Assembly (NCBI RefSeq): GCF_963921235.1
Contig: NC_086097.1
Coordinates: 153,886,001 to 153,950,000 of the forward strand
Direction: 5' to 3'
Origin: Mobula hypostoma
Lineage: Eukaryota
Length of the DNA: 64,000 nucleotides
Part shown: in pieces, positions 25,724-38,190 of the stretch
Position numbering within the stretch: the first letter of the stretch is position 1
Layout: every line of letters begins with the position of its first letter
The notes under the pieces: model-generated
Seen by the model: the letters and a program-made list of their open reading frames with translations, nothing else
Databases searched by the model: none
What the model was told of the DNA's origin: nothing
Translations under genes and position numbers: made by a program

Positions 25724-26235
25724 TATCATTCTCAGGATCTTGCTTTAAAATACAAACTCATAAATGGAATCACACCTTACTATAAATACAAGCCTGATCC
25801 AGTTTTAGAGTCAGAATACCACAAATTATGTTATGATAGACAGGATAATCCATAATAAGCATCCAGTTATAATAATATAGGATAAACAAGCAAGAACAAC
25901 TTACTTACTATATATAACCATTCCAAACACACATAACTTACTGAAATCAATTAGTGAAAAACACCAGAAATATGCTGATTTAAGAGGAAATTGGAAGACT
26001 TTGGAACATAAAGAAGGTATACATTGTCCTGATTGTAATATCTACAACTGGTGTCATCCCAAAGGCACTACACAATAACAATAAACAATTAGGGCTACAC
26101 AGTAATATCTATGTAAATCTTCAGAAAACCACAATACTAAACACCACTAGGATAGTCCGAAAGTTCCAGCAATTGAGAAATGAACGTGCCTGGCTATGCC
26201 CGTGCCTCAGCTTTTACCAGCTTGAGCTGAGAAAA

Positions 26236-26595
26236 AATATAAATAAGAAATAAGAAATAAAAATCAAGAACATGAGATGCAGAGTCCTTGAAAGTGAGTT
26301 CATGGGTTTTTGGAACAGTTCAGTGATGGGGTAAGTGAAGATGAATGAAATTATCCTCTCTGGTTCAAGAGCCTGATGGTTGAATGGTAAGAACTGTTCC
26401 TGAACATAGTGGTGTGAGTCCTGAGGATCCTGTACCTCCTTCCTGATGGCAGCAGCAGGAAGAGAGCATGATGTGGGTGGTGGGGATCCCTGATAATGGA
26501 TGCTGCTTTCCTGCAACAATGTCCCTTGTAGATGTGCTCAATGGTTGGGAGGGCTTTACCTGTAATGGGCTGGGCCATATCCACTACTTTGCTTA
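26236..26595 (-). mobile_element. Rex1/Babar 3' fragment, right half of the split copy
   Basis: GKALPTIEHIY..CCRKAASIIRDPHHPHHALF...TTMFRNS, continuing into the UTR at 17428-17648. Confidence 0.85.
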
Positions 26596-26709
26596 GGTCA
26601 AAAAATGTAATCATCCTTCTCTGCAATGAGTTGGTAATAGTTACAGTGTAATGTGCTGCTGTAGTAATAATCTAATTTTCACTGCATTTATACCTTAGCT
26701 ATTTATGCT

Positions 26710-27450
26710 CCTAATTCAAAGATCTGAGGTGCAAAGGGACTTGGGAGTCCTTGTGCAGGATTCATTGAAGGATAATTTTCAAGTTGTGAAGGCAAATGCA
26801 ATGTTATCATTCATTTCGAGAGGATTATTATATAAAAGCAAAGATTTAATTTTAAGGTTTTATGAGGTGCTGGTGAGGCTTCATTTGGAGTGTTCTGAGG
26901 GGTTTTGGGCCCCTTATCTGAGAAAGGATGTGCTGAAACTGGAGAGGATCAAAGGAGGTTCACGAAAGTAGTTCCAAGATTGAAAGGCTTATCATATGAG
27001 GAGTGTTTGATGGCCCTGGGCTAATACTCACTGGAATTCAGAAGAATGAAGGGGGATCTCATTGAAACCTATCGAATGTCAAAAGGCCTTAATAGCGTAG
27101 ATTTGGAGAGGATGTTTCCTATGGTGGGGGAGTCTAAGACCAGAGGACACAGTCTCAGAACAGAGGGATGTCGATTTAGAATGGAGATGAGGAGGAATTT
27201 CTTTTGCCTCAGAGTGGTGAATTGATGGAATTCCTTGCCACAGGCAGCTGTGGAGGCCAAGTCTGTATGTATATTTAAGACAGAGGTTGTTAGATTCTTG
27301 ATTAGTCAGGGCAAGAAGGGATACGGGGAGTAGGCTAGAGAATGAGGCTGAAAGAGAAATGAGAGATGAAATAGCAGAGCAGACTGGATGGGCTAAATGG
27401 CCTAATTCTGCTCCTATATCTTACTGTCTATGTCTATGGTCTTATGGTTT
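26710..27450 (+). mobile_element. CR1 LINE 3' fragment
   Basis: QRDLGVLVQDSL..LVRLHLEC..FWAPYLRKD, CR1 3' UTR and a tatggtct-type tail. Confidence 0.9.
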
Positions 27451-27774
27451 TATAACAATAAACCTGAAACTTGAACTTGAACTTGGTTCCTTGTGTTGGT
27501 GATGTGGTGTCTGCTACTCCTGTTCTTATAGAATTTATGCTCAGTTATTTCAGGAGGTGAAAATAGGGTGTTTGTTTTGATGGCATTGTTGAATCTCTCT
27601 CTTCATTAGTTCATTGTAGGCTAAACACTGATTACAGTTTCCCTCATCTTTCAGCACAGTTCTGTATCATTGATAGGTGATGTTAACAGGTAACTTTAGC
27701 TGGGTTTCAGTCTGCATAGGTGAATTTTCCATATGCACTATGTGCCCCCTCAGCATATTTAATCATGTTTTCAA

Positions 27775-28370
27775 GTCAAATCATGTGAAGTTGAATTTAT
27801 TTCCATGTGCACAAGTATGATGAGGTACATGTCCAATGAAAACTTTCCTTGCCAGCAGTATCATAGGAGCATAAGTACAGACAACACACAAACCAAATTA
27901 TGCATAAGTGATGCAAGGAGTGAAGAGCAAAATAAAAGATAAAGCTATTTGTGCAAAGAATAACACAATAAGAGGCAGGTCTACAGTATCACAAGAAGCA
28001 TTCTGTGGTGTTTCATTGCCGAAACAGGATTAACGTTGTGCAGGTTGTTTCAAAAACCTGATGGCTGAAGGGAGTTAGCTGCTTCTGAATCTGATGGTGA
28101 AGGACTACAGGCTTCTATATATCCTATCTGGCAGTAACAGTAACAGCGACAAGAAGCCATGCCCCAGATGGTGGAACTCCTTGATGATATGTGCTGCCTT
28201 CTTGTGGCAGTGCCTCATATAGATACTTTCAATGGTGTGGATGGCTGAGCTTGTGATGGACCAGGATGTGTCCAGTACTCTCTGTAGCCTCCTGCATTCC
28301 CATGCATTAGAATTGCTAGACGAGACCATGATGCAACCAGTTAGGATTCTTTCAACAGTCCAACTGTTGA
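27775..28370 (-). mobile_element. Rex1/Babar LINE 3' fragment
   Basis: VERILTGCI...RRLQRVLDT...KKAAHIIKEFHHLGH. Confidence 0.75.
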
Positions 28371-28860
28371 AGCTTGAAGTATTTGGTTGTTGCTGTGTTG
28401 GCTTTGGCTCTCCTGGCCAGAAAGACATTATCTTCTTCGCTGGGTGTTACAGAGGGCACATTTTGTTTAACAAAGTTTTGATCTGATAACTCAGTTAGTG
28501 ATTTCATGTTAATCTTCAGAGGTGTAGCCTGGAATGACAATGTGGCAATGGTGCTGGCTGTGTTGGCTTCATCTATTTGGGACATCCTGGTGAACCACTA
28601 GCTGCGAAAGCGTCTGCAACCTTCTTGTTTTTAGCAGTATCTTCACACCTACATCCTTTTTCTCACACTTCTCTACTGACGAGATATGGCAGTCCATCTG
28701 CTAGCACCGTTTCTTTCCCTTGTAAAGTGTAAACAGAATTAAATCATGACTCTCCATCTTAGAGTAATTTTTACAGTCTTGTGGCTGCCATGTGTTTTCC
28801 GTATAAGATACATCCGATAGTTTGGCCATCACTCTCGACTCTGAATTTTCTTCCATTAGA
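28371..28860 (-). mobile_element. Very old Gypsy pol fragment (RNase H end to integrase Zn-finger region)
   Basis: Frameshifted translations GRKFRVESD, YKGK/ETVLADGL and AKKIMSFWPG occur in the expected Gypsy order. Confidence 0.5.
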
Positions 28861-28959
28861 GTAGTTGTAAAATACCAAGACAGAAATATATTTGTAGCCC
28901 AACTAACTTATGTCTAGAAATATATTTCTGTCTTAATATTTTATATTTGACTTATTTAG

Positions 28960-29037
28960 GTTACCAACACTTCGACGGTAACGCACAAGAAACTACAAGA
29001 TGTGCGAAGTCTTTGCGTTAATATAGAAATTAAAGAG
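28960..29037 (+). CDS. Candidate internal exon: VTNTSTVTHKKLQDVRSLCVNIEIKE
   Basis: Acceptor tatttgacttatttag, donor GAG|gttagc, 78 bp, only phase 0 open. It keeps several CpGs in a CpG-depleted background. Confidence 0.6.
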
Positions 29038-30552
29038 GTTAGCTCTAAGACTATGTAACTTCATGGCTGATGAAACATAATAAGTCAAAAGGCCTGTTTT
29101 TGCGCTATATGAATTTATGACCACCTCTATAGCATTGGAAATATCTCTAGGGCATATCCAAGCTGTTTCTATGGTAACTATTAGCCTGAGTTAGAACAAG
29201 AATCTGTCATGGGGCACATGGACAAAATTACATGTCGGGGATACATTGGGGGGCAATGATACTAACTGCTGTATCAAGTATATGCAGACAGTGAGAATAT
29301 TCAATTTACAGAGCATGTGATAACAAACACAGAAAACTGGAGATAATTGGAGATGATAGGACTGCCCCTGATGCCATCACCACAGTAACCAAGGCCTTAA
29401 TTAAATGATGAGATACTTTAGTCATGATTCTGACCAAAATCAGGGGTCAATGATGCACATAGAGATCATTTTAAGATCATTCTTTTTTTTATTTCACTGA
29501 GTGCTAGATCCAGTCTTTGTTGAAACTTATTCAGTGTGGCAGCAACAAATGAATTGCTGGAGGAACTCCGTGGGTCATGCAGCAACTGTGGAGGTAAAGG
29601 AATGGCCAACATTCTGGTTGAGACCCTGAATTAGGAGTGGGAGTAGAGAATTCTAACCTTTTATTGTTTCCATTTACCATCTTCCTGCCTCAGTCCCTAC
29701 CCCCACCCTCATGTGTCCCAATCTGGATCCATCTGCCATAATCCTCATCCTCATCTATCATCTGCCAGCTCCTGCCTCACCCCTATCCTTCACCTGTTTT
29801 ATTGGCTGTCTCACCTCTACACTCTCAGTTCTGATGCAGGGTCCTGACTATCACATTGCTTCCACAGATGTTGCTTGATACACTGAGTTCCTCTAGTAGT
29901 TTTGTTTTGCTCCTGATAAAGGCTCTGCAGTCTCCTGTGAATTTACCTGGTGCTGTGTCTTCTCCAATAGCATCAAATAGATGGTGTGTTAAAACAGGTT
30001 AAGTAAAAAGTCACAAATCCTTCTCAGGAAGCTTCAATGCTAGAATCTCAATGCACCCATCATAGTAAAATTCTTCCTCACTCATATGTGACTATTATCT
30101 TCAAAGGTCCATTAAGACACAAAAATTGCATTATACCATATAAGAAACTCTAAAAGTACTTTGCAGTGAATGTCATTTACATGAAAGCCCTGATGCAGTG
30201 TTCTGACCTGCAATCTCAACAATTCCTTTCCCCCCTAAGATGCTGCTCAACATGCTAAGTTCCTCCAGTAAACTGCTTGTTGCTCCAGACTCTGGTATCT
30301 ATAGCCTCTTGTGTTTCCTGAAAGTATTTCCCTTTACTCCCATTTGTCTCTCTTTTCATCACATGTACATTCTTCTGTTGGCCATCCATCATTTCTAGGC
30401 TTGATTTAGGTGGCACAGCAAGTCCCCTCATCTTTCATTACCATATACCTCTGCATGTCATGAAGCTATTGGATATTTATCTCTTTTTGTGAACGATGAT
30501 AAATAATAACATTTTTATCTGAGGGAGCACAGGAGCAAGATATTTCAACTAG

Positions 30553-31335
30553 TTGAGTAGTGTTGCAGCAACAATCTTGTAGTCGATGTCAGTAAGACTA
30601 AAGAACTGATTGTGGACTTTAGAAAGAGTAAGATGAGTCCTCATAGAGGGATCAGAAGTAGAAAGAGTGAGAAATTTCAGGTTCCTGAGTGTCAGTATCT
30701 CTGAGGATCTATCCCAGCTCCAACATATCAATGCAGCTACAAAGAAGGCGCAACAGCTGTTATATTTCATTAGGAGTTTGAGGAGATTTGATGTATCACC
30801 AAAGACACTTGAAAATGTACTGTGGAGAGCATTCTAACTGGCTGCAACGCCATCTAGTATGGGGTGGAGCTGCTACTGCACAGGACTGAACTAAGCTGCA
30901 GATACTTGAAAACTTAGTCAGCTCCATCATGGGCACTAGCCTCTGTCATATCCAGGACATCTTCAAGGAGTGATACCTCAAACAGGCGGCATCCATCATT
31001 AAGGACTCCAGTCACCCAGGACATGCCCTCTTCTCATTGCTACCATCAGAAGGACATATTGGGGCCAGAAGGAACACACTCGATGATTCTCAGGAATAGC
31101 TTCTTGTTGTTCATGGGATGTTGAACCCATGAACACTACCTCACTACATTTCTATTATTTTTTTATTTTTGCATTATTATTTAACTATATATATATATAT
31201 ATATATACATTTACTTAATGTAAAACACAGTTTTTTAAAATCCATTATTATGTGTTGCATTATGTGTTGCCACAAAACCAAAGCCAACAACTTTCATGAC
31301 ATATGTCCATGATATTAAACCTGATTCTGATTCTT
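30553..31335 (+). mobile_element. Rex1/Babar LINE 3' fragment with a (ta)n microsatellite at ~31187-31207
   Basis: KTKELIVDFRK, FRFLSVSISEDLS, HPGHALFSLL motifs and the tail attaaacctgattctgattct. Confidence 0.85.
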
Positions 31336-31914
31336 TGGTTATCTTCCTAAGCCAACTCAATATACAGTGCAAACTCCTTCCATTATTCTCACTTGACTCA
31401 TTCTGTCTTGACGCAAGCCCTTGAGCTACCTCACAGCTTGCTGTTTGGTAGTCAAGCACGATAATTATATTTCATAATATTGACCCATTGTTCAGTGTCT
31501 CTATTATTCTTCCTCAAAGACACTAGAAAAAGCTGGTAATTTAAACTGTCAAACAGCCTACAAAGGCAGCTGGCAACTTTACAAGCTTTACTTTCACAAA
31601 CACCTTGTCTGGATCTTTTACTCCATGAACTTTGCAATTGTCTCCCTCAGTTAGCCACAGGAATCAATGTTTAGGTGGATGGCAAAATTAAAGGAACAAT
31701 TATTGTCCATAGACAAATGTTGCACTTGTCATATCTGTAGTCTCAGTGAGCGATCACTAAATGAGTATGGACCATTGCTGTCTATATTTTTGAATGAAAA
31801 ACAACATGGCATAAGAAGGAAAACTAAGAACTAGATTTTACTTTTGTAAGTTCCGACAGCTTTATCTTCTTTGTTCCTGTTGATGGTTAATGATGGCACA
31901 TGGTAATCGTCAAT

Positions 31915-32295
31915 GTTCAATTTGTGCTCCTTGCCAGATGAAATGTTAAAAGATAATATGAGAACTGCGGGAAGAATGGACGGTTATGTGTGAGAAGGAA
32001 TACGTTTCAGGGGTACAGGAAAATATAGAGGGGAAATGAGACTAATGCAATTTCTTTCCTGGGAGCTGTCATGGATATGATAGACTGAATGGCCTTTTTA
32101 CTGTGGTGTTATGAGTATCAGTTATGAGGGAGTTAGATATGGCCCTTGAGGCTACGGGGGTCAGAGGGTATGGAGGGAAGGCTGGGGCAGGGTTCTGAGT
32201 TGGATGATCAGCCATGATCATAATAAATGGCGGTGCAGGCTCGAAGGGCCGAATGGCCTACTCCTGAACCTATTTTCTATGTTTCTATGTTTCTA
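31915..32295 (+). mobile_element. Two adjacent CR1 3' UTR fragments
   Basis: gaagggccgaatggcctactcctg hairpin followed by a (tttctatg)n tail. Confidence 0.75.
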
Positions 32296-32794
32296 TCAGC
32301 TCTAAGTGAATTGTTCTCATTGTTCTTTACTAAGGAAACATGTCCTGTAATGTACTTATTCCATTATAAGAAACAAAATATATACCCTTATCAAAAAACG
32401 TAATATAACTGAAAAGAATCCTTTGCATATAATACATCTGCACTCATACAAATACTGAACTGATGACACTTCTATTGGCTTGAATGGTGAATGACTGCTG
32501 AAGGTTTGTATATTTTATAATTTCTGATGAAGTTTCAATTCTTCCAGTGATCCTACAACAATATCACCCCCGCCACCTTTGGTTGATACAAAAATTATAA
32601 TGTGCATTCTTGACAAAGAGCTTTCTTAAAGATTGTTATGGTGTGCTATATTGCAATGTCAATGAAGGATTTTGTCTCAAAATGTCCAATGGTCATTTCC
32701 CTCCACGAATACAATCTAATCTATTGAGTTTCTCCAGCAGTTTGTTTTTGTGCTTGAGATTCCAGCAACTGCAGTCTCTTGTACCTTCATTCTG

Positions 32795-33075
32795 CACTCA
32801 GTGACCCCTTTATCAGGTACACATGTATCAGCCACTTGCTCGCTAATCCCTAATCAGCCAATCATGTGGCTCCACCTCAATACATAAAAGCATGCAGACA
32901 TGGTTAAGAAGTTCATTTGTTCTTCAGACCGAACATGAGAATGGGGAAGAAATGTGATCTAAGTGACTTTGATCATGGAATAATTGTTGGTGGTTTGAGT
33001 ATCTCAGAAACTGCTGATCTTCTGGGATTTTCATGCACAACACTCTCTAGAGTTTACAGAGAATGGTGTGATAAA
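32795..33075 (+). mobile_element. Tc1-like transposon 5' fragment (left end and paired-like HTH start)
   Basis: Begins cactcagtgacccctttatcagg and encodes MGKKCDLSDFDHGIIVG-GLSISETADLLGFSCTTLSRVYREW. Confidence 0.8.
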
Positions 33076-34169
33076 CAAACTACTCTTGAATCACAGACAC
33101 TGCTCTACAGCAATTACTGAAGTGCCAACTGCAGTGATGCCTGGCTATGTGTCTGTAGTCTCGCAGAGAATACTCGGCTTTGCAATGAACTGTGGCTGTT
33201 GCCTGCTCCAACTGCAGTGATGTATGGCTTTGTGTCTTTCATAAAATTCCAGTTCTGAATGATATTTACTTAATTATACTGCTTGCACAATTTATTTTTT
33301 TTCACTCTCTGCATCGGGTGCTTGTCTTTATTTAATGGGTTCTTTTGTGGTTTCTTTATTTTGTGGCTGCCCATAAGGAGACAAATCTCAAGGTGTGTAA
33401 AGTAAACACACTTTACACAAAATCAGAATCAGATTATCACTGACACATGACATGAAAGTTGTTTTATGGCAGCAATACAGTGGAAAGTCATAAAGATCTA
33501 TAAATTACAAAAAAAAAACTTGCAGGAGAAAAGGGATATCAAAGTAGAGCTTGTGGGTTTATTGAACATTCAGCATTCTGATGATGGGTAGATCTTTTAT
33601 TGCTTTATAAATTTTTGGAGGGCTAAGATGTCAATGTTGTTCAAGACACTGATTGAATTCTTTTAATTTTCTTTGATGAATACAGCAGATCCTTTACGTT
33701 TCCTGAACAAGGAAAAAGGTTACAGTTTAATATATCGTCTTGAACTATTGGGCTCAAATGCAGTCTTGTTTGTCTCCTTTTAAATCTGTTCCAACCTATA
33801 ATAGGTCTTGTAGCACAGACTTCAAAAAGAAAGCCAGCTTTGAGATGTAAAGCAAGATCTTAACATCTGAGGTGGCCTCTCATTCCCACTGAGAGTTTCT
33901 TAAGTATAGTTTCCAAACTGAACTGGTTGCAAAGAGAACAAATGGCTTTATGCACTTTAACATAAACATTCAAAGGCAATCAAGAACCATTAAAAATAAA
34001 CATTATTAAATTATTTTAGTAAATGTAATTATTAACAATAAAAAATCCCTAAAACCACTAGAACTCATCTGAGGCAATTATGTGTATTCAAATTGGTAAC
34101 AAAATGGAAAAAAAGCCTTAAAATTATCCATCAACTTTTATAATTGTTTTTCTCCATTCAAATCAATAG

Positions 34170-34325
34170 GCTGGTTGTTCCAACACAAGGTCATACCTGG
34201 CAAGGGAAGAGCAGGAAGAGCTAAGAAATCTGCAGAAGCTTGCTCTTCACCGCTGGAATATGAAAGAGGTCTATTACCAAACACTCGGCGAAAAATCTTC
34301 ATTGATGAGTTGTGCAGAAATTAAG
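34170..34325 (+). CDS. Candidate exon: AGCSNTRSYLAREEQEELRNLQKLALHRWNMKEVYYQTLGEKSSLMSCAEIK
   Basis: Acceptor tttttctccattcaaatcaatag, 156-bp open phase 0-0 frame, weak donor AAG|gtgttt. In frame with 28960-29037. A second frame is also open up to a stop at ~34322. Confidence 0.55.
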
Positions 34326-34429
34326 GTGTTTCATCCACTCTTGCACATACTTGGGTAGAAGTCCCAGACTTCTGGATGAATATAATTGAAACACAAATTT
34401 ATATAAAACAGAAGAGTATGGTCAAGTAC

Positions 34430-36025
34430 TAAAGACCTATGCAGATCAACTGGCTGGAGTGTTCACTGAGATCCTTAACCTCTTGCTTCAACAGTCTGAG
34501 GTACCCACCTCCCTCAGCAAGCTTCAATTATACCGGTGCCCAAGAAGAACATGGTGACCTGCCTCAATGACTATCGTCCATTAGCACTTACATCTGCAGT
34601 GATGGTGTTTTGAAAGGTTCGTGATCAAACAAATCAATTCCTGCTGAGAAGGAACTGAGATCTGCTACAATTTGCCTACTGGAGGATCAGGACCATAGCA
34701 GATACCATCTCATTAGATCTTCACTCAACCCTGCAACATCCGGATAGCAAAGATACATACCGATGCTATTGCTCTTTATTGACTACAACTCAGCATTTAA
34801 TACTATCATCCCCTTGAAGCAAATTAATATGCTTTTAAACCTTGGCCTCAATACATTTTTATTCAATTGGATCCTCAATTTTCTCACTTGCAGACCTCAG
34901 TCAGTTCAGATTGGTAACTACATCTCTTCCACGATCTCCATCAGCACAGGTGCACCATAAGGCTGTGTGCTTAGAGCTGTACTCATTTTGCACCTATGAC
35001 TATGTGGCTATGAATAGCTCGAATGCCATATTCAAGTTTGCTGTCGACACCACTGTCCTAGGCTGAATGAAAGGTGGTAATGAATCAGCAAATAGGAAGG
35101 AGATTAAAAATCTGGCTGGGTGGTACAATAATAACAATCTCTTATTCAATGTCAGCAAGATGAAGGAGCTGATTATTGACTTCAGGAGAAGGAAACTGGA
35201 GGTCCATGAACCCATCCTCATTGGAGGATCAGAGATGGAGAGGGCTAGCAACTTTAAATTCCTCAGTGTAATTATTTCCAAGGACCTGTCCTGGGCCCAG
35301 CATGTAAATACAATTACAAAGAATGCATGGCAATGCCTTTACATCTTTAGGAGTTCCCGAAGATTTGGCATGACAACTAAAACTTTGACAATCTTCTATA
35401 GATATGTAGTGAAGAGTATATTGACTGGCTGCAGCACAGGCTGGTATGGAAACATCAATGCACTTGAATAGAAAATCCTGCAAAAAGTAGTGGATACGGC
35501 CCAGTTCATCAGGGGTAAAGCCCTCCCCACCATTAAGCACATCTGCATGAAACACTATTGCAGGAAAACAGCATCTATCATTAGGGACCCCTTCCATCCG
35601 GGGCATGCTCTCTTCTCACTGATGCCATCAAGAAGGTACAGGAACCTCAGGATGCACACCACCAGATTCAGGAACTGTTATTACCCCTCAACCATCAGGA
35701 TGTTGAACCTAATGGGGATAACTTCACTCAACTCCACTTGCCATTGAAATGTTCCCACAATCAATGGATTCACTTTCAAGGAATCTTCATCTCATGTTCT
35801 CGATATTTATTGCCTATTTATGTATTATTATTGTTTCTTTCTTTTTGTATTTGCACAGCTTGTTGTCTTATGCACACTGGTTGAATATCCAAGTTGTTAG
35901 GTCTATCACTGATGCTGTTGTGGTCATTATTCTATATTGCCTATGCCCACAAGAAAATGTATCTCAGTGTTGTATATGGTGACATATATGTACTTTCATA
36001 ATAAAATTTATTTTGAACATTGAAA
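34430..36025 (+). mobile_element. Rex1/Babar LINE, 5'-truncated RT to 3' UTR
   Basis: [46 protein letters not shown] and DPFHPGHALF. Confidence 0.93.
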
Positions 36026-36229
36026 CATGACCTTCAGCCCATTGAATCTAGATGCTGCCTGACCTGCTGAGTCCCCCTAGCATTTTGTATGTGTGGCTCT
36101 GATTTCCAGGATCTGCAGGTTTTCTTTTGTTTGTGATTTAACCATCAAGAACTCATTTACATTAATCCTCCAATAATCTCATTTTATTCTCCTCACATTC
36201 CCTTCAACTCCATAGAGATTCTACCTCTC

Positions 36230-36380
36230 AGCTAAACACCAAGGATAATTTACGGTGATCATTTAGCCTACCAACACACACATCTTTGGGATAATGGAGG
36301 AAACACCTGGAGGAAACCAACAGGGAGAACACTCAATCTCCTCACAAATATCAGTGGAGGTCACGATTAAACCCAGGTTG
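36230..36380 (-). mobile_element. V-SINE fragment
   Basis: Reverse strand gagtgttctccctgttggtttcctccaggtgtttcctcc...cccaaagatgtg. Confidence 0.55.
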
Positions 36381-37635
36381 CTGCTAGCTGGGTCCCCATA
36401 CCAATTGTCAATAGCCTTTGCTGAAATTACAGGCCAATCTTTTAACAACTGGAATGGAATTTGAAACCATAACTAGTGCATTGGGGGATAAGAGTTCCAA
36501 AGATCTGAGTATGACTGCACTCACTTCTTTACTAGTTTGATTTCAACAATGTTAGCAATAGCTGCTTTAGGCAAAATTCAATTTCTATGCATTAGACAGA
36601 ATTTAAAGTGGATTACTGCTGAGGAGCAATCTCACCACATTCCTGGCTACTCTGCCAATAACTAAGTCCTCTGGCTCACCTCAGTCCTCAGTGCATGATC
36701 GTTGCGGATAAAGATGCAAGAAGGACCAACAGAATGAGGAAAAATTGAGGCAGATGACATAAAAAGGAAATCAAACTACCCCACAAACATCTAAAGATTA
36801 GAAGGATGGTTTCAAAAACAGAGATAATCATACTAATACCCAGTCGATAAATCTAAAGTTAGTGGCAGGAAACAAGTTAAAGGATAAAATTAACTGCCAG
36901 CTGCTGAAACATGTCTTAAAAGACGACTGTCAGCATGTTCAACTCAAATCAGGTCTGACTAACCTGACTACATCTTTGATTTATTGTTAGTGGGGACTGA
37001 TGAACATTAAGCAATAAATTGCTCTTTTTTATGACATGATTAAATTGGATAACCTTCAATAATTTTACCTTGGTCTAGTTCAATGCAGGCACCAATACAG
37101 CTGTAACAGTCATGAAGTCACAGAGTCATGTAGTCCACACGTATTATTGTCTGTACTGCACTATAATATGTGAATCCTGGATTGGCCTCTACAGCTACCT
37201 GAGGACCCACCAGTAGACAACTCCTTAGGAGATCGTACTCGACTCGCGTGAACACACTACTACTATGAATTATAACTGAAGATAGATCAGAACTGTGGGA
37301 CCAGGAGGTAAAGGCATGCCACTTTGTGAAAAACCTACCCCTACAGAGGCTTCAGAGATGTTATATTTCTGACTCAACTTCACTGAAGAAGAAGATATTC
37401 ACAGGCTTAGGTATTCCAATCCAGTCATCACAGAGATGTGTGAAAACACTGAAGGAATGTTTTCAAGGATCCTGTTGTACATGGACCCACACCCAAAGTT
37501 TTAGGATTAACTTCTTCCACTGAACTATCAGATTACTGAACGGTGCATGAACCCATGAACACTACCTCACTATTTATCTTTTTGCACTATTTGTTTGTTT
37601 TCATAACTTATAGTAATTTTATGTCTTGCACACTA

Positions 37636-38190
37636 TTAGTAGTAGTATGATCACAAGGGTCAGTGTGATATTCTCCTAAACGGTTGTCTATTGGTGGATC
37701 TTCAGGTGACTAATCCAGGGCCCAAATACAGTGGTGCAGTGTGGGTCATCTTTGAGCAATGGGCTTCCAGACCTCACAATCCTACTCCCTTCACCATTTG
37801 CTGATTGCCACAGGACTTAATGCAGGATATTGGGGCGGATCTCATAATAGAGAACATCTGTGCATGACTTGTTTAACTTGGAGAGTTGCATGGGCAGCCA
37901 CCTCATGGGCCTTAATGGATCGGGGTCAGCATACAGTCTCGTAGAATGCAAGACAATTGAGAACCCTTCATAGCTCAGTCTTCCTCCAACTTCACTGCCA
38001 TTATGTGGCGTCGTCATCTTCTGCCAACTCCACCACTGAGGTAGGATCGCTCTTTGTATGAAACCTCCCCCCTGACCACCACCATGGGTGACCCCACCAG
38101 GAGCTAAGCACCAGATGGCTAAACTCCAAAAGACATCACTCTTAGAAACTCACAATCCTTTCTACCATGACAGGATGATGATCCTCAGAG
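37636..38190 (-). mobile_element. Probable RTE-related non-autonomous retroposon inserted in a Rex 3' fragment (37280-38275)
   Basis: (tag)n on + is a (cta)n tail on -. The Rex 3' UTR (cttgcac...) resumes at ~38197. Confidence 0.45.

Larger units (their letters stand above)
17649..26235 (+). mobile_element. R4-clade (Dong/Rex6-like) restriction-endonuclease LINE, near full length but decayed (17649-20301 and 24883-26235)
   Basis: N-terminal RVKWSLEVNTFIM (~18291). RT motifs EEQGGC..G, YIDYQKAF, GILQGDSL, YMDDLK and MNFGLAKC at 19745-20290. REL region HNKHP.II..DK...EKHQKY...IVLIVISTTGVIP at 25850-26060. Confidence 0.85.

Noticed and set aside
27655..27689. 35-bp AG/GT-bounded segment (HSSVSLIGDVN)
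   Set aside because: Its phase-2 end is incompatible with the only open frame of exon 28960-29037.
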